A stretch of 64,000 nucleotides of DNA from the human T2T-CHM13v2.0 reference genome, Homo sapiens: assembly GCF_009914755.1 (NCBI RefSeq), contig NC_060926.1; one strand, written 5' to 3'. Under the pieces are notes generated by a model that saw nothing but the letters and a program-made list of their open reading frames with translations, did no database searches and was not told the DNA's origin. Below, piece by piece: positions 46,550 to 59,689 of the stretch; position 1 is the first letter of the stretch; each line of letters starts with the position of its first letter. A program made the translations under genes and the position numbers.

Positions 46550-47269
46550 AATTATTAAGCTTTTATATGGAGATGTCTATTTGGGGATCTGGTAAGAAAC
46601 TGAACACTAAAGAAGCTACCAAGAACTCAGTGGATACTATATAGGAGCTTTCTTGATCTACAGCGGTAGTTTGCATAAGAAATAGAGGCGTTTGCCTACC
46701 TTTTTGAGACATACATGCAAATTGTTAGAAGTAATGGAATTTCAATAACTTAATATATGAGTAACATAGAGCATTTAGTGAGACCAAGGGTGGGAATGCT
46801 GTATTATATTGAGAAAAGGGGGAGTATATAATATTAATAAGGAATATAATTAATTTCTTGCCAGATCAGACCTAATTAACTTCTACTAATTATTTAAATT
46901 TTGCTTTACTTTATTAAAATATGCTTATATCCCATTTCTTTTTAAAAAATTGAACTTAAGATGTATATTATAGGATTAAAAAATAGTAATAGATATGGAA
47001 CATCAGAATTAAAATACATTTTTGGTTTATTTATATGTCTAATGTAAGCACTCTAAGTTTTTATTATTGTTGTTTCTTTCTTCCTTTACTGGAACTCATG
47101 CTTGGTTCTATCATTGATTGCTTGGATATAAAAAGCCACTTTTTTTATCTGTAAAAGGAAACCAGGAGATGAAATTTACTTGGTTTTCTATGTTTTTTAA
47201 AAGTACTCTAGAAATGGAGAAGATCCATTACTAGAACTTTAACTTGCTTTAAAAAAAAAAAAAAACAGC

Positions 47270-48150
47270 ACTTTTTATTTTGAAATAAAGGCAGGAAGTT
47301 AGCAGAAATGGTGCAGAGTCTTATGCATCCTTCATCTGGCTCCCTCATTGGTGATATTTTATATGGCTGCCGTGCAATAATCAGAATCAGGAAATTGACA
47401 TTGGCATGTTACTGCTAACTAGACTAGACCTTAGTCAGTTTTCATCATCTTTTTAACCTGCATTCACATGTGTGTATGTATATGTGTGTGTGTGTGTAGC
47501 TTAGTGCAATTTAATCTGATATATAGATTCATGTAAACACCACCACAATCATGATACAGAACTGTTCTATCACCACAAAAGAAGTCTCTTGTGCTGCCTC
47601 TTTGTATTTGCATTATATTTAGGTATTTCTTTTTATTTTTTGAGAGCAAATAAAAATGATATTACATTTTTAATTTTGATTTCCATGTGTTCATTGCTGG
47701 TATATAGTAATACGATTAACTTTTGTGTGTTGATTTTGTGTCCAACAATCTTGTTGACCTTGTGTTCATGAGAATAGTTCTGTGAGTGTTTTTATAGATT
47801 CCTTGGAATTTTCTTTGTAGACAATCATGTCTTACACAAATAAGGGCCGTTTTATTTTTTCCTTTCTGATATACGTATGCCTTTTTTCTTGCTTCATTGC
47901 ATTGGCTAGGACTTCCAATACCATTTTGAATAAGAGTGGTGACAGCAGACAATTCTTGCCTTGTTCCCAATCCTAGGTGGGGAAACATTTAGTTTTTGTC
48001 ATTAAGTATTATGTTTGCTGTAAGATTTTTGTTGATGTTCTTTATCAGCTTGGGTAAGTTCCTCTCTATTCCTAGTTTGCTGAAGTTTTTTTTTTTTAAT
48101 CACAAATTGTGTTGGATTTTGTGAAATGCTTCTTCTGATAATGCTTATGC
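47270..48150 (-). mobile_element. old L1 (L1MC/MD-type): 3' UTR joined to an ORF2 segment
   Basis: aatcaggaaattgacattggca (3' UTR) then tagattccttggaattttct...ggctaggacttccaatac...gaataagagtggtga (antisense ORF2). Confidence 0.85.
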
Positions 48151-48504
48151 AATTTGGCAAGTGAAATTTTTCCTGTGACTGTTGCCCTCCCCAAGCACTC
48201 CTTGCAGGCCCCATATTGCCATGCTTAAATATGATAAAAGGAGAAAGATTCCAGAGAAAGCAATTTGGGATATGAATTCATATTATTGTTAATTCTACAT
48301 CAATGAATGTCAAGCAGAATTTATTATATACTGCTAACTAGACTAGACCTTAGTCAGTTTTCACCATCTTTTTCACTGCATTTACTTCTGCGTGTGTGTT
48401 TGTGTGTAGCTTTGTACAATTTAATCCAATATATAGATTCATGTAAGGTTCTGGATTTTGTAGTTTTTCTCCTTTCATAGTAATATTTATTGAGGTAGGT
48501 AGAG

Positions 48505-48728
48505 AGCAAGGGATTAGGAGTGTGCACTTTGGAACCAGACTTTGTTCTAATGTGGCCTTTATCATTTACTAGTTATGTGGGACCTTAAGCAAACTCTTTA
48601 ACTTGTCTAAGCCTCAGTTTCCTCAACTTTAAAATAGGGCTAAGAACCATCTAATGTTGTCAAGATTAAATGAGATAATGTATGTAAGAGGCTTCATACT
48701 TATGGGCATTTAATATGTGTTAGCTGTT
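48505..48728 (+). mobile_element. MIR SINE
   Basis: actttggaaccagac...cttaagcaaactctttaacttgtctaagcctcagtttcctc...aagattaaatgagataatgtatgtaa. Confidence 0.88.
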
Positions 48729-49810
48729 GTTGATGCAGCACTGATATGTTTAACAATTTATTAAACTCTCTTACATTCAAAGCATTCTGCTGGGCATTTG
48801 GGATGACACAGGGTTATATGAAGTACATAATTCATTTTAGAAGAATGTGCTATTTAATTTTCAAACATCTCGTTGTTTGAATAAATGAATGAAAACTTTT
48901 TTATCTTGCATCCATCCAAGACCATCAGTCTTTGGTTTTTACCCTTCCACTCCTTCCCTTTGTCATTTATTTTCTCTTTCTCTCTCCTACCCATTTCCCT
49001 CTGTCTTTCTCACTCCCTGTTTTTTAGGTAATAATCAAGCTGTCATAGGTGAACCAGTTTCTGCCCCTCTGCTTCTTTCTGCTCTCATGGGAGTTCCTCC
49101 TTTCCTTTCTCCCTCATTTTACTTTTTCAGGTTTTCATAGTTACCCTGTAACTGTATTTTAAGCCAGCTTTCCCTTTAATGTTTTCCATTTCCTTGAGGA
49201 ACCTCAGGGTAGCCCCACTCATGTTTTACTCTCCTGTTTCTGAGCCAAAAGGACCATGATCTTGACTAAGCTCTCTCAGAGGCACCTGAATCCAAAGTAA
49301 TGCTAATTTTGAAATCAATGACATTAACCTCTAAAAGCCTTGATGGTGCCCAGAATTATTTAATAGAATCTTCACTAAATTTTCCACTTCTCTCTTAATT
49401 TTCTTCTAATTAAACTTTATTTTCTTCAAATAACAGCATCATGATAAGTTAAAAGCTTTGACTTAATTTTTGTTTAATTGCCATATTTTAAAAGAACTTA
49501 TTTCTATTATTTTCTCAGTGCAAATGTACAGTATTTCTGCCACTTTATGAATTTTTAAGAAGTTTTCATGTGTTGTCCTAAGAACCTAGCCTCCTTTACA
49601 ATATTATTTCTAGAGGAAAATGCATTCTGTAAACTCCTAACAAATAAGCCAACTCTAGTGACTCCTTTTGTTGGTAAATTGGGTACTTCTTGTACTAAAT
49701 GTTCCAACTGGTAGAGGATTGCAATTTTTGCAGGTATTTTAGAGAACCAAACCAGCCTGTAATTGCAGTATTTAGTTCATCTTCCTTGGAATGAAAACCA
49801 TCTAATTAGA

Positions 49811-49824
49811 GTTGCCATGACAAC
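49811..49824. promoter_or_regulatory. RFX X-box-like motif
   Basis: GTTGCCATGACAAC, 13/14 to the palindromic RFX site GTTGCCATGGCAAC, in unique sequence; motif match only. Confidence 0.5.
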
Positions 49825-50059
49825 TCTGTTTTCATGCAGTATAACAGACCTATTGATCTGAAGTTCAGGTTGATGGAGCATGTGTACGTGTTAGTGACAG
49901 AAGCCAACATCCAATATCGTACAGAGTGTTGGCTCCATTTCCCTCCTAGCTTATTTTCTACCTTATGCACTCACAAGTATTTATTAAGCACCTACTGTGT
50001 AGAGAGCTCAGAGAAGCCCATGAAATATTCACCATAAGAAGAAAGAAACAGTTATAAAA

Positions 50060-50535
50060 CCCTATCGTGGATGTAGAATAAAACCCCAGTAACTTACCCT
50101 CTCCTTCATAATCTGGCCTTTTCCTGGACATTTGACTCTTTCTTCTCCCACCTCCCCGATACCCACCACTTTGGCCACACTGGCCCCTTTCTGTGTTTCA
50201 AACACTTCAGCCTCATTTCCGCCTCAGGGCTTTTGTACTTCACATTCGCTCTGCCAGAAGGTCATTTCTCCACCTCTTTACATGTTTGGCTCCACTTTAT
50301 CATTTGAGTCTCAGTTTAAATTTATTTCCACAGAGAGGCTTTCCCCGATTGCCCTAAAGTTGCCACCTGCCGTCTGCCCTCGTCCATTGTCGTGCTCTTT
50401 GACATTATGATATTTCTGTTTCTTTCTTATATTATTATTGCATTGTCTCTTATTAGCATATACTTTCTATGAGAGTAGGATATGGCAGTGTCTTGTTTAC
50501 TGTCATATCTGTTAATATTTGTTGAATGAATGAGT
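50060..50535 (+). mobile_element. L2a 3' fragment
   Basis: gccacactggcccctttctg...cctcagggcttttgtac...tgtcttgtttactg...aatatttgttgaatgaatga. Confidence 0.85.
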
Positions 50536-50759
50536 CATAGAGTGATTGAATATCATAATGGTCAAGAAAAGTTTCATAAATTGGCACTGATTTAAGTGCT
50601 TTGGAAGACAGTGGATATGGCTGGGCAGAAATAATGCTCAGAGGCATTTTATGTGTGAGGAACAATCTATACTCAAAAGTACTGTATGGGTCAGTTTGTT
50701 CAACAAGAGCATTTCTGAGCATCCAGTTGAACTGTAAGGAAGGGACCACTTGGAGAGTG

Positions 50760-50940
50760 ATTCTTTAATTTTCACAGTAGCCCTGCGAACCTAATTATTA
50801 TCCCCATTTCATAGATAAGCAAACTGAGGCTTAGGGATGTTTTAAACAACTTGCCCCAGGGGCAGTATACTAAGTGATGAAACTGAATTTCAACTCTACA
50901 TTGCCAGTCCAATTTCAGAGCAAGGGTGCTTAACCACCTC
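50760..50940 (-). mobile_element. MIR SINE
   Basis: ttattatccccatttcatagataagcaaactgaggcttagg...aacttgcccc. Confidence 0.85.
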
Positions 50941-51269
50941 ATTTTTCTGGTTCATTCACACTTCAGCTTAATTTTTTTAAAGTTTTTATGTCATATCATG
51001 CCATATATCTCCATGCTTTTACTTGGGATGCTGACTTTCCTACTAGAAGTAAATTGCTTGATGTTCAGTCTATAGGTATTTATTGCTTGCCTACTGTGTG
51101 CAAGGCATTATCACATATTAACAGCATTAATTGAAAAAAATCACCTAGCCAGTTACAGTGTTCGAGAAAACTAAACTCATTGAACTCATATTTTCTTTCT
51201 TAAAATTCTCTGTATCATATAACAGTGGATCTAATATAAACATAAAAATTTAAAGGGTAGTTTACAGGG

Positions 51270-52240
51270 ATTTTTGTGTAACTTTTTATGTTGATATTTA
51301 AACTTAAAAGAGAAAAAGTTGCAAGAATAGAACAAGGAACTGTCTTATTCCTTTTACACAGATTCCCTAATTGTTTACATTTTGCCCCATTTGCCTTATG
51401 TATTTATTCTCTATGTACTTACATTTTTGTATCTGCTCATTTTTTTCCTAAACTATTTGAGAGTAAATTGGGGCCACATTGTACTTCACCCCTAAATGTT
51501 TCAGAATGTATTTCCTAAGAACATGGACATTCTCTTATATAACCACAGTGCAGTTATCAAATCAGGCAGTGTATCATTGACACAGTACTATTATCTAATC
51601 CACAGTCCATATTCTAATTGTGTCAGTTGTTTCACTAATAACCCTGTTAGCTATTTTTTACCCTGGACCAGGATCCAAGCCAGATCACACATTGTCTTTA
51701 GCTGTTATATCTCTTTATTTTTTAAATCCGGAACAGTTTCTTAATCTTTATCTTTCTTGACCTTGACATTTTTGAAGAGTACATATCAGTCATCTTGTTC
51801 CTTAATTTGGGTTCATTTGATGCTTCCTCATAATCGGATTTATATGTGTGACATGATGTGTCTGTCCTGAGTATAACATATCAAAAGTCACATGATGTCA
51901 GTTTGTCCCGGGATTGGTGATGTTGACTTTGATCACCTGGTTAAGTGATGTCTCTGTGGTTTCTGCACTCTAATGTTACTAGTTTTCTCTTTAAAAAGAA
52001 CTCCGTGGAGTGATGTGTTGAGACTATGTAAATGTCTTCCTCAGACTTTCACCCACTAGTTTTGACAGCCATTGATGATTCTTCAGCTGCATCTTTCTTA
52101 CTACGTTTATTAGTTGGCTTTCTACTGTAAAGAAGAGCTTTCCTCATTTATTTATTTATCCATTAACATATGTGTTTCAGAGGGGATTTATTGATTCTGT
52201 TTTATTCAATGGGACACACACCATTACTGTCATTATTTTG
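51270..52240 (-). mobile_element. old L1 (L1MC4-like) 3' region
   Basis: gaaaaagttgcaagaatag...gtatttcctaagaacatggacattctcttatataaccacagt...gaccttgacatttttgaagagtac. Confidence 0.85.
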
Positions 52241-52301
52241 CTGCATAAACAAAGCCTCATTTCATCATGTTTCCATCAAAAAACAGTTGTATTTTGAATG
52301 C

Positions 52302-52904
52302 TATATTAGATTTCTACTGTTGCTGTAACAAATTACCACAAATTTAGCAGCTTAAACCCATGCCAATTGATTATCTTACACTTCTGTAGAACAGAAGTCC
52401 AGTGCAGAGCTCCTGCGGCTACAGTCAAGGTGCCAGTGGGCCGCATTCCTTTCTGGAGACTCTAGTGGAGAATCTGTTTCCTTACTCTTTCAGGTTGTTC
52501 AGAGAGTTCAGTCCCTTGCAGTCACAGAACTGAGATCTGGTCCTTTGCGGAGGTCAGTTGAGCTTCTAGAGGCTGCTGTCCTTATTTGGCTCATAGCCCC
52601 CTTCCTCCTTCAAGCCAGCAATGGCAAGTCCAGTCCCTCTCATGCTTCAAGTTTTTCCTGCCTCTTCTTCTGTCATCATATTTCTCTGACTCACTCCTCT
52701 GTTTTCCTCTTCTACTTTTAAGGACTCGTGTGTCTAGATGGATTGAGAGCCCAACCAGATAATTCATGATAATCTCCTCATGTCGGGGTCCTTAACCTTT
52801 ATTACATCTCACCAAAGTCCCTTTAGCCATGTAGGGTAAAAAGTTCATAGCTTCCAGAAATGAGGGTTTGGCAGCTTTGGGGAGCCATCATTCTGCCTAC
52901 CACA
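52302..52904 (-). mobile_element. MaLR solo LTR (MLT1D/E-like)
   Basis: tatattagatttctactgttgctgtaacaaattaccacaa ... ttctgcctaccaca; perfect 5-bp TSD AATGC (52297-52301, 52905-52909). Confidence 0.92.
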
Positions 52905-53464
52905 AATGCCTACCTGTGTTCAAGGCTTGTGCTAGGAGCTTACTTCTTTCTGTTTAATCAGAAAAAAAAAAAACCGGGTAGAGGATTACAAGCAAAGAAG
53001 CTTCAGTGAGAAATTGCTTTATGTTTAGTTAAAAGAAATAGGCTTGTAATCAAGAGTGGGGGCTGAAGAGATGATGTTGTCGTAACAGAGCCTCAAAAAT
53101 AGTGCTTGAAGGTTGCTTGAGCCGCTGCGGAGCCAAGCAAGCACGTAGGGTTTAATGCTCAAGTGTCCCTGCTGCAAAATGAAGCTGTGCTGCTGCTGGC
53201 TGCAGGGACTTTGGTGAGAAAAATCAGGGCCGGTGAGAAAAAATGATACTGGATGAGTTGTGGCTCAGTGCTGCTGTTTCCTGAATTTTGTCCCTCACTT
53301 GTCTCAGCACCTGGGCCTGTTTCTGACGACGTGCTTTCACTAGCTAGTCACTATTTCTTCTTCATTTTGTACCAAACAAGTTTGTGTGGTAAGATTGGAT
53401 CTTTTGATGTTATACACACCAGCAAAACGAACTGATTGTCGAAGCCCAGCTGGTCTGTGGTGGG

Positions 53465-53710
53465 AGGCAGTGTGTAGCGCAGCAGTGGAATGTGTGGGTT
53501 CAGAAATCGGATGGCCTGGTTCAGTCCTGTGTCCGTCATTTACTGGATGAGTTCTTTTGAGTCAGTTACTTAACCTCCCAAGCCTTACTGCTATTTGTAC
53601 AATATATCAACCTTACAGGGCTTTTGTAAGGGTTAAATAAAGATAAATAAAAGAAGCTCTTAATATAATGCCTGGCTCATGGAAAATGTTCATTATGTGT
53701 TAGCTGCTAT
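53465..53710 (+). mobile_element. MIR SINE
   Basis: ggcagtgtgtagcgcagcagtggaa...agttacttaacctc...atgcctggctcatgg...tgttagctgctatt. Confidence 0.85.
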
Positions 53711-53950
53711 TGATGTTCTTCTAAATAGTAGTAGATTTTAGATCAATAACATAGAGTTCCATAGTCTTTGGGAATTAAAAAAGCTCAACTTCACAATCAA
53801 ACTGTGTTCTTATATACCTTAGTGCCTCTCTCTCTCTCTCTCCATCTCTATGTCTGTCTCTATCTCTGTCTCTCGTATTACAAAAGTAATATGTGTCAGT
53901 TATAGCTTTCCAATACCAACCAAAAAAAAATAAATAAAACAAGGATACAA

Positions 53951-54231
53951 CTGGGTGTGGTGGGTCACACCTGTAATCACAGTACTTTGGGAGGCCAAGG
54001 CAGGCAGTCTGCTTAATCCCAGGAGTTTGAGACCAGCCTGGGCAACATAGGAAGACCTTGCTTCAACAAAAAATACAAAAATTAGCCAGGTGTGATGCTT
54101 GTAGTCCCAGCTACTTAGGACGCTGAGGTAGGAGGATCACTTGAGCCCCAGAGGTCAAGGCTGCAGTGAGCTGTGATGGTGCCACTGCACTCTGGTCTGG
54201 GTGACAGAGGAAGACCCTGTCAAAAAAAAGA
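53951..54231 (+). mobile_element. AluJ-like
   Basis: Dimer with J features; TSD aacaa(gg/ct)atacaa. Confidence 0.94.
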
Positions 54232-55578
54232 ACAACTATACAAAATGCAACGTGATCATGTGTCTTACTGTAATACTCCCTTCCTCTGCAAGATGATCTC
54301 GTCGATTCCCAAGTGGGAAGTGAAGTAAAAAACTCCTCACTTGGATTTCCCTCAGTTAACCTAGGTGTCTCTCCTTTCACCACCGCTGCTTCTCTCTCTC
54401 TTTCCCTTTTTTCCTCTCTCTCTCTCTCTCTCTCCACTGAGACCCAAGGAAAACCTCTGGGACACCAGGCAGTCCCTTTTCCCTCTAAACTTCTCCCCTT
54501 TCTGCTTTTGTTTCTTTCCATTCCTGTCTGAGGGATGTGCTCATCCGGTGCCACATCCTTCTTCTTCCCTGTGCTGGCATTTCTCTGACTTGGGTGGTGC
54601 CACCCTCTTCCTTGGGACAGTGGGCCTCAAGTCTTAGCCTCAGTGAAAGTGCAGGGGGGAAACATGATTTACTGAGAAACACGAAGTACGTCGATTTAGT
54701 ATGTTTGCAGTGTTGCCCTATTAAATCAGTTTGGGGTATTTATTTATTTAGTTGTTGTTGTTGTTGTTGCTTTAATTTAGCCACAAAAAAATGTATGACA
54801 TATTACATACTATTCTGCAGCTTGCATTTTTCCTATCCAATATATCATGGCCATTTGTCTGAATGGAAATAATGAATGTATTTTTTAAGTGGCCCTCAGA
54901 ACCTGAAGGCTGCTATCTTCCTGGTGGCTGTATGGTACTCCACTGGAAGACTTTGCTATAATGTGTTCAGCTCCCCTGTTGTTGATTGAAATTTGTCGTT
55001 TACATTTGTGATTTGGTTCTACTCATATGAACTTGTCATTTATTCTCTCCAGTGTTTGTCTTCAGTCCTTCGCCTGCCTAGGAGGCAGAAGTCACTCAGA
55101 ATATGCCCAATCTCTGTTTCAAGTCTAGAGTTGGGTTGGTGTGTTTGTTGTTCAGGCAATGAGCATGCCTGCAGCTTAACAGTTTCAGAATGTGATGGGA
55201 GCGAACTTAAGGGCTCGCCTTGCTCCAGAGTGACCCTGATCCCAAGTTGGTTCCTAATGAAATGAGGAAACATCCAGAAAAGCAAGTTGTCCTGAGTTAG
55301 CCCCAGACTGTATTGAGAAGCAGTCTTGGTCTTGTTGGGAAAGGGAGGTGCTGATGTGAGCCTGGGGCCCCATCGAATGGCCGGAAGCTCTGTGGTGGAC
55401 CTTACATATTCTCATGCTCAGCACTTGCCGGATGGCCCAGAAGTTGTGAACCCTTCCCTGCCCTCTCCTCTAAGACTCTAAATGCCTACACAGGGTTCTG
55501 TGGAAGTGTTATTTTTGGAGAGTACTAGGAATCCTGAGAGTTAAGAGTGTCTTGAACTGAATCCTTACACCAAGAGGC

Positions 55579-55707
55579 CTAGATTGATGGAGAGCCCAAC
55601 CAGAGAATTCAAGATAATCTCCTCATGTCGGGGTCCTTAACCTTTATCACATCTCACCGAAGTCCCATTTGCCATACAGGGTAAAACAGTCATAGCTTCC
55701 AGAAGTG
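55579..55707 (-). repeat. local duplicate of MLT1 segment 52734-52863
   Basis: ~89% identical by eye, including a 35-bp exact match gataatctcctcatgtcggggtccttaacctttat. Confidence 0.85.
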
Positions 55708-58700
55708 AAGCTATGAATATTCAACATGTGATTCCACGTGAGTCTGAGCGAAACTACTTTCGGCCCATTGATGCCATGGATGCAGTATTGATACCTTCAC
55801 ATGCTGCAGGGGCAGGAGATAATAGCTATGGGCCAGCCATACAACTTTTCTCATAAGTCATGTTTGCATTCCTCTTTGTGCTATTAATACTGCTCTATTA
55901 GTACATGTTTAGTGTTTTGGTTTTGAAGCCTTAAGAAAACAGTAGCAATCCAAATTCTCAAGCAACCAAGAAAGTGGTTTCCAAAAAAGTTATTAGGCCA
56001 ACCTCAATTATATTTGGCCAATTAAATTGGCATTGTCCTTGTCTACAGTTCCCAGAACCCCTTCTCTTCCTGACTAAATCTTTCCCTTTCTGTTGTGTCT
56101 TGTGTCACTGGTTTAAAGAAAGCAAACACATCCATCTTCTGGAGTTATCAGGCGCCTCAGTACAGGTTCCCCTGAGTTCTAGGCAGCCTGGACCATGAGG
56201 CACCCTGGCCCTGCTTCCCCGCAGGCCCGCCCCGCACTCTGTCTGGGGAAGTGTGGGCCCTTGTTACTATTGTGGCTGTTTTGAATCGTCTATTTTAGAG
56301 AATTGGCTAAAAATAGTATTTAAATTAGTGGATATTTTTTAAAAGTAAAAGATGCAGGTAAATAAATTATGTTATTTAGAAATAGATTCCTAGTTTTGCA
56401 CAGATGGATATTAACAGAACTGAACTCCCACTTCCCTGTTATTAAGTAAACAGGATATTTAGTAAGATCAAATGTTTTTGAAATGATAGCAATCTACTGA
56501 ATATATCTTATTTTTGTTAAAACACTAACCACACTTATAGCCTCCTCAATTCCCTCTTCCCAGTCTGCTCCAGAAAATGGTTCCTCCTGCTTTCCAGCTG
56601 GTTTGGGGAGCACACTGCAGAGGGGGACAGTGCCCCCATCCAGTGTCTGTGTCCTGCTCCCCATGCTCACCTTTGTGGACATTTCCTGGGGCAGTAGCTG
56701 GCACCAGGGCCAGGCACCCGGGCTTGGCACCTGAGCTGCATCAGCAGAATGGGGAGGAGAGAGGGTCCTTACAAGCAAGCACCTGCCTACAGCCCCTTAA
56801 ACTGGCTCTGCCCTTCTTCCCTTCATTGTTCACCGCCTTGACTTGATCGTACTCTCTGCTTATTGGGCAGCTGTGGTGGGAGTGAGAGTAGAGGTCTCCA
56901 GAGGGGACAGGAAGATCAATGGGCAACTGGAATGACACCAATAACTCGGCTCTTCAAGGTAGAACTGGGGCCAGGCTGAATGTTGCCAAAATTAGAAGAG
57001 CAGCAACTTTACCTATTAACTGAGGTCTTTAACTTCTGAGGATAGAAGATTCCTTCTGTATGGTTGAAACAGCATTTCTCAGGGGTGGGGCAGTCAGGTA
57101 GTCTGTCCTTTTAGTCCATATCAGAACCAGCTATGAGCTTTTTTCCTTCTTTTCAAATAACACATTTCTCCACCCTGAGATTCCAATATGCTATGCTAGA
57201 ACAAGGGTGGGAGAAAAGGTATGTCTCCTCCCACCCCTTCCTCTCTCCCCAAGAGAAATCTCTGAAGGGAGGTCACACTACTTTGGTGTTCAGGGACAGA
57301 TACACTTCTACTCACTGCTTGTATATGCAACAGATGATGTTGAAGAAGAGGCTATTTCCCACATTAACCAAAGTGGCACATGACTCCATGTGAACCAAAC
57401 CAAAACAACAAAAATACTTACCTTCAAACAGTTTAATTTACCCAGTTAATCACAAAAGATTAAAAAATTGCTAAATCAGAAATTCTCTAGCTGTAACTGA
57501 TGTTTTCATTGATGATGAATATTAGAAACATTAACTATATCACATACTCCCTGAGGACATAGAGTGGTGACTTGCAAATGTTTTGGTTTGGAATTGTGGC
57601 ACCTTATTGTTGTCCCTAAATGGTTTACATATTGCACACATTTTTAATTTAAAAACAAGAAACAAAACAACCACTTTAATTTCACGCAAGCCCTTTTGTG
57701 ATAACTGCAGACATGAGTGTCATAGAGCCAGACCCCTGACTTGCTGCCAGTAAAATGAATGTGTCTTTAAAATTTTTGCAAACAAATTTAGTCTTAACTC
57801 TTCTCTGGCTTACTAAATTGTGGGATGCTTCGTACTTCAGTTTGCGGTACTTGAGCTTTAGAAGCGTGCCTGAATGGTGCTCAAGACACTGCTGTGGGCC
57901 TCTGCTGACAATGCAAGCTCTCACAAAACTGAACGTTTGGCCCATTTACCATAAAGAAGCAAACAGTCCCCATCCTAAGGACAGGCCTAGCCTAAGGTTA
58001 ACAGTAAGAGCAACATTTTGTTGCTTCATTTTCCTATTAAGCTCTGGGTTGCTGATTGAAGCAGAATTCCAATGTTTTGACACACCACCACATTGTTAGC
58101 ACGATAGGGAGGATTTGATTATGGGAGAACAAGTCCAAAAACGGTAAATTGACAAAAAAAAAAAAAAAAAAAAAAATCTGGGGCCCTGTTTCTCAAGGCA
58201 GCTTTTGTGGTTGCATTCCTTTATTTGATGTGGTTCTTTCCTTCTCCTGTGCCAAACGGTGCAATGTGGAAAAATGATGAAGTTGCAAAAAAAGGAGAGT
58301 GGATAGGGAGTGAACTGTTTAGTAACAAGAGAAAGAAAACAGAGCTTAGGGATCAAAGACAAAAATACCTGTTTCTCCAAGTAGGAAGAAGAAAATTAAC
58401 TCAGGGGTTCTTTCCTGAAGCCTGGATAAAGGCTGAGCCCTGCTCTCAGCTGGTGCTGCTTAGGCCAACCCGGGCTGATCGCAGTAGAGACAGGGCAGCC
58501 ACAAGCTGTCTGTAGGTGAGAAGAGCAGCAGCTAGAGAAAGGGCAAGGCTGAGTGCTATGGGTTCCCAAAGACAGTCGGGCTAACAAGGGTGGGCGCCAG
58601 GGAGGAAGGATGGAGAGCAAAGGCTGCCTTCAGCATCAGACTGAACACGGTTAACACCAGCCAGCCCTGCAGGCATCAGAATCCAGAGGAGGAAGCATCA

Positions 58701-59271
58701 GAATCGAAAGGAGGAATAGGCTTCCATGCAGGAACAGGATTTTATTTATTTACAATTTGAAGGCTGGATAGCTTCTCTATTGTGTGGTTTATGACATTTT
58801 CTGAGTGTTAAAATTATCTCTTTTTGCACTGTGAAAAGAGCATATATGATTCATGTTAATATTTCTGAGGATCAGTCACCAACTAACAGCTAGTATTTTG
58901 GGTGGGAGGAAGGCTTTTGTAGGCAGCTTTTTCACCTAACATAGAAGTTAAAAAGCACCAGAATATGCCTCAAGCTTCGTTCAAAATCATATAAATAGCT
59001 CCCTCTTGCACAGTTACAATCTAGTATGGTTGTGAGAACTCCCACAGTCCACGAGTTGCCTAATGCTCACCTCACCCTTGCCTGAAAAAAGCTAATTCCT
59101 GTGGTTTACCTGCTGATGGAATATAGCTTCTAAGAAGTTTGACCAAAGGGCCTCTTTTCATTTTTGCTAATAACCTATTCTAGGGGGGTGGGGTTTGCCT
59201 ATATTTCTTCCTGGATACTTTTCGTACTTTCAGCATCTGTAGAACTGTCAAATATTTCTATAATCCTAGAT

Positions 59272-59585
59272 CAAGAGTCAGCAAACTAAAACCTCCTGGC
59301 CAAATCCAGCCCACAGCTAAGAATGACTTTTACATTTTTTAAATGGTTAGAAAAATATTTAAATAATAATGTTTCATGACTCGTAAAAATTACATGAAAC
59401 TTGAATTTTAGTATCCATAAACAAAATGTTGTTGGAACACAGCCGTGCTCATTCATTTACATATTATCTGCGGCTGCCTTTGCACTTCAGCAGGAGAGCT
59501 AAGTAGCTGCAATACAGGCATTATGGATGCAAAGATGACAATATTTACTACCTGGCCTTTTACTGAAAAAGTTTGCCAATCCCTT
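59272..59585 (+). mobile_element. MER58B-like hAT-Charlie MITE
   Basis: TIR-like ends caagagtcagcaaact / agtttgccaatccctt; 8-bp TSD tcctagat / tccaagac. Confidence 0.88.
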
Positions 59586-59689
59586 TCCAAGACCGTTAAA
59601 CTCTTCTTTTCCATAATGACTATTTCCATAAAGATATATACATTTATTGGCTTTTAATGTTCATTTAGAAATTTGACTTCCATCTCTTT

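Noticed and set aside
54111-54554. 147-aa minus-strand ORF
   Set aside because: Built from a (GA)n repeat and an antisense Alu; no domain evident
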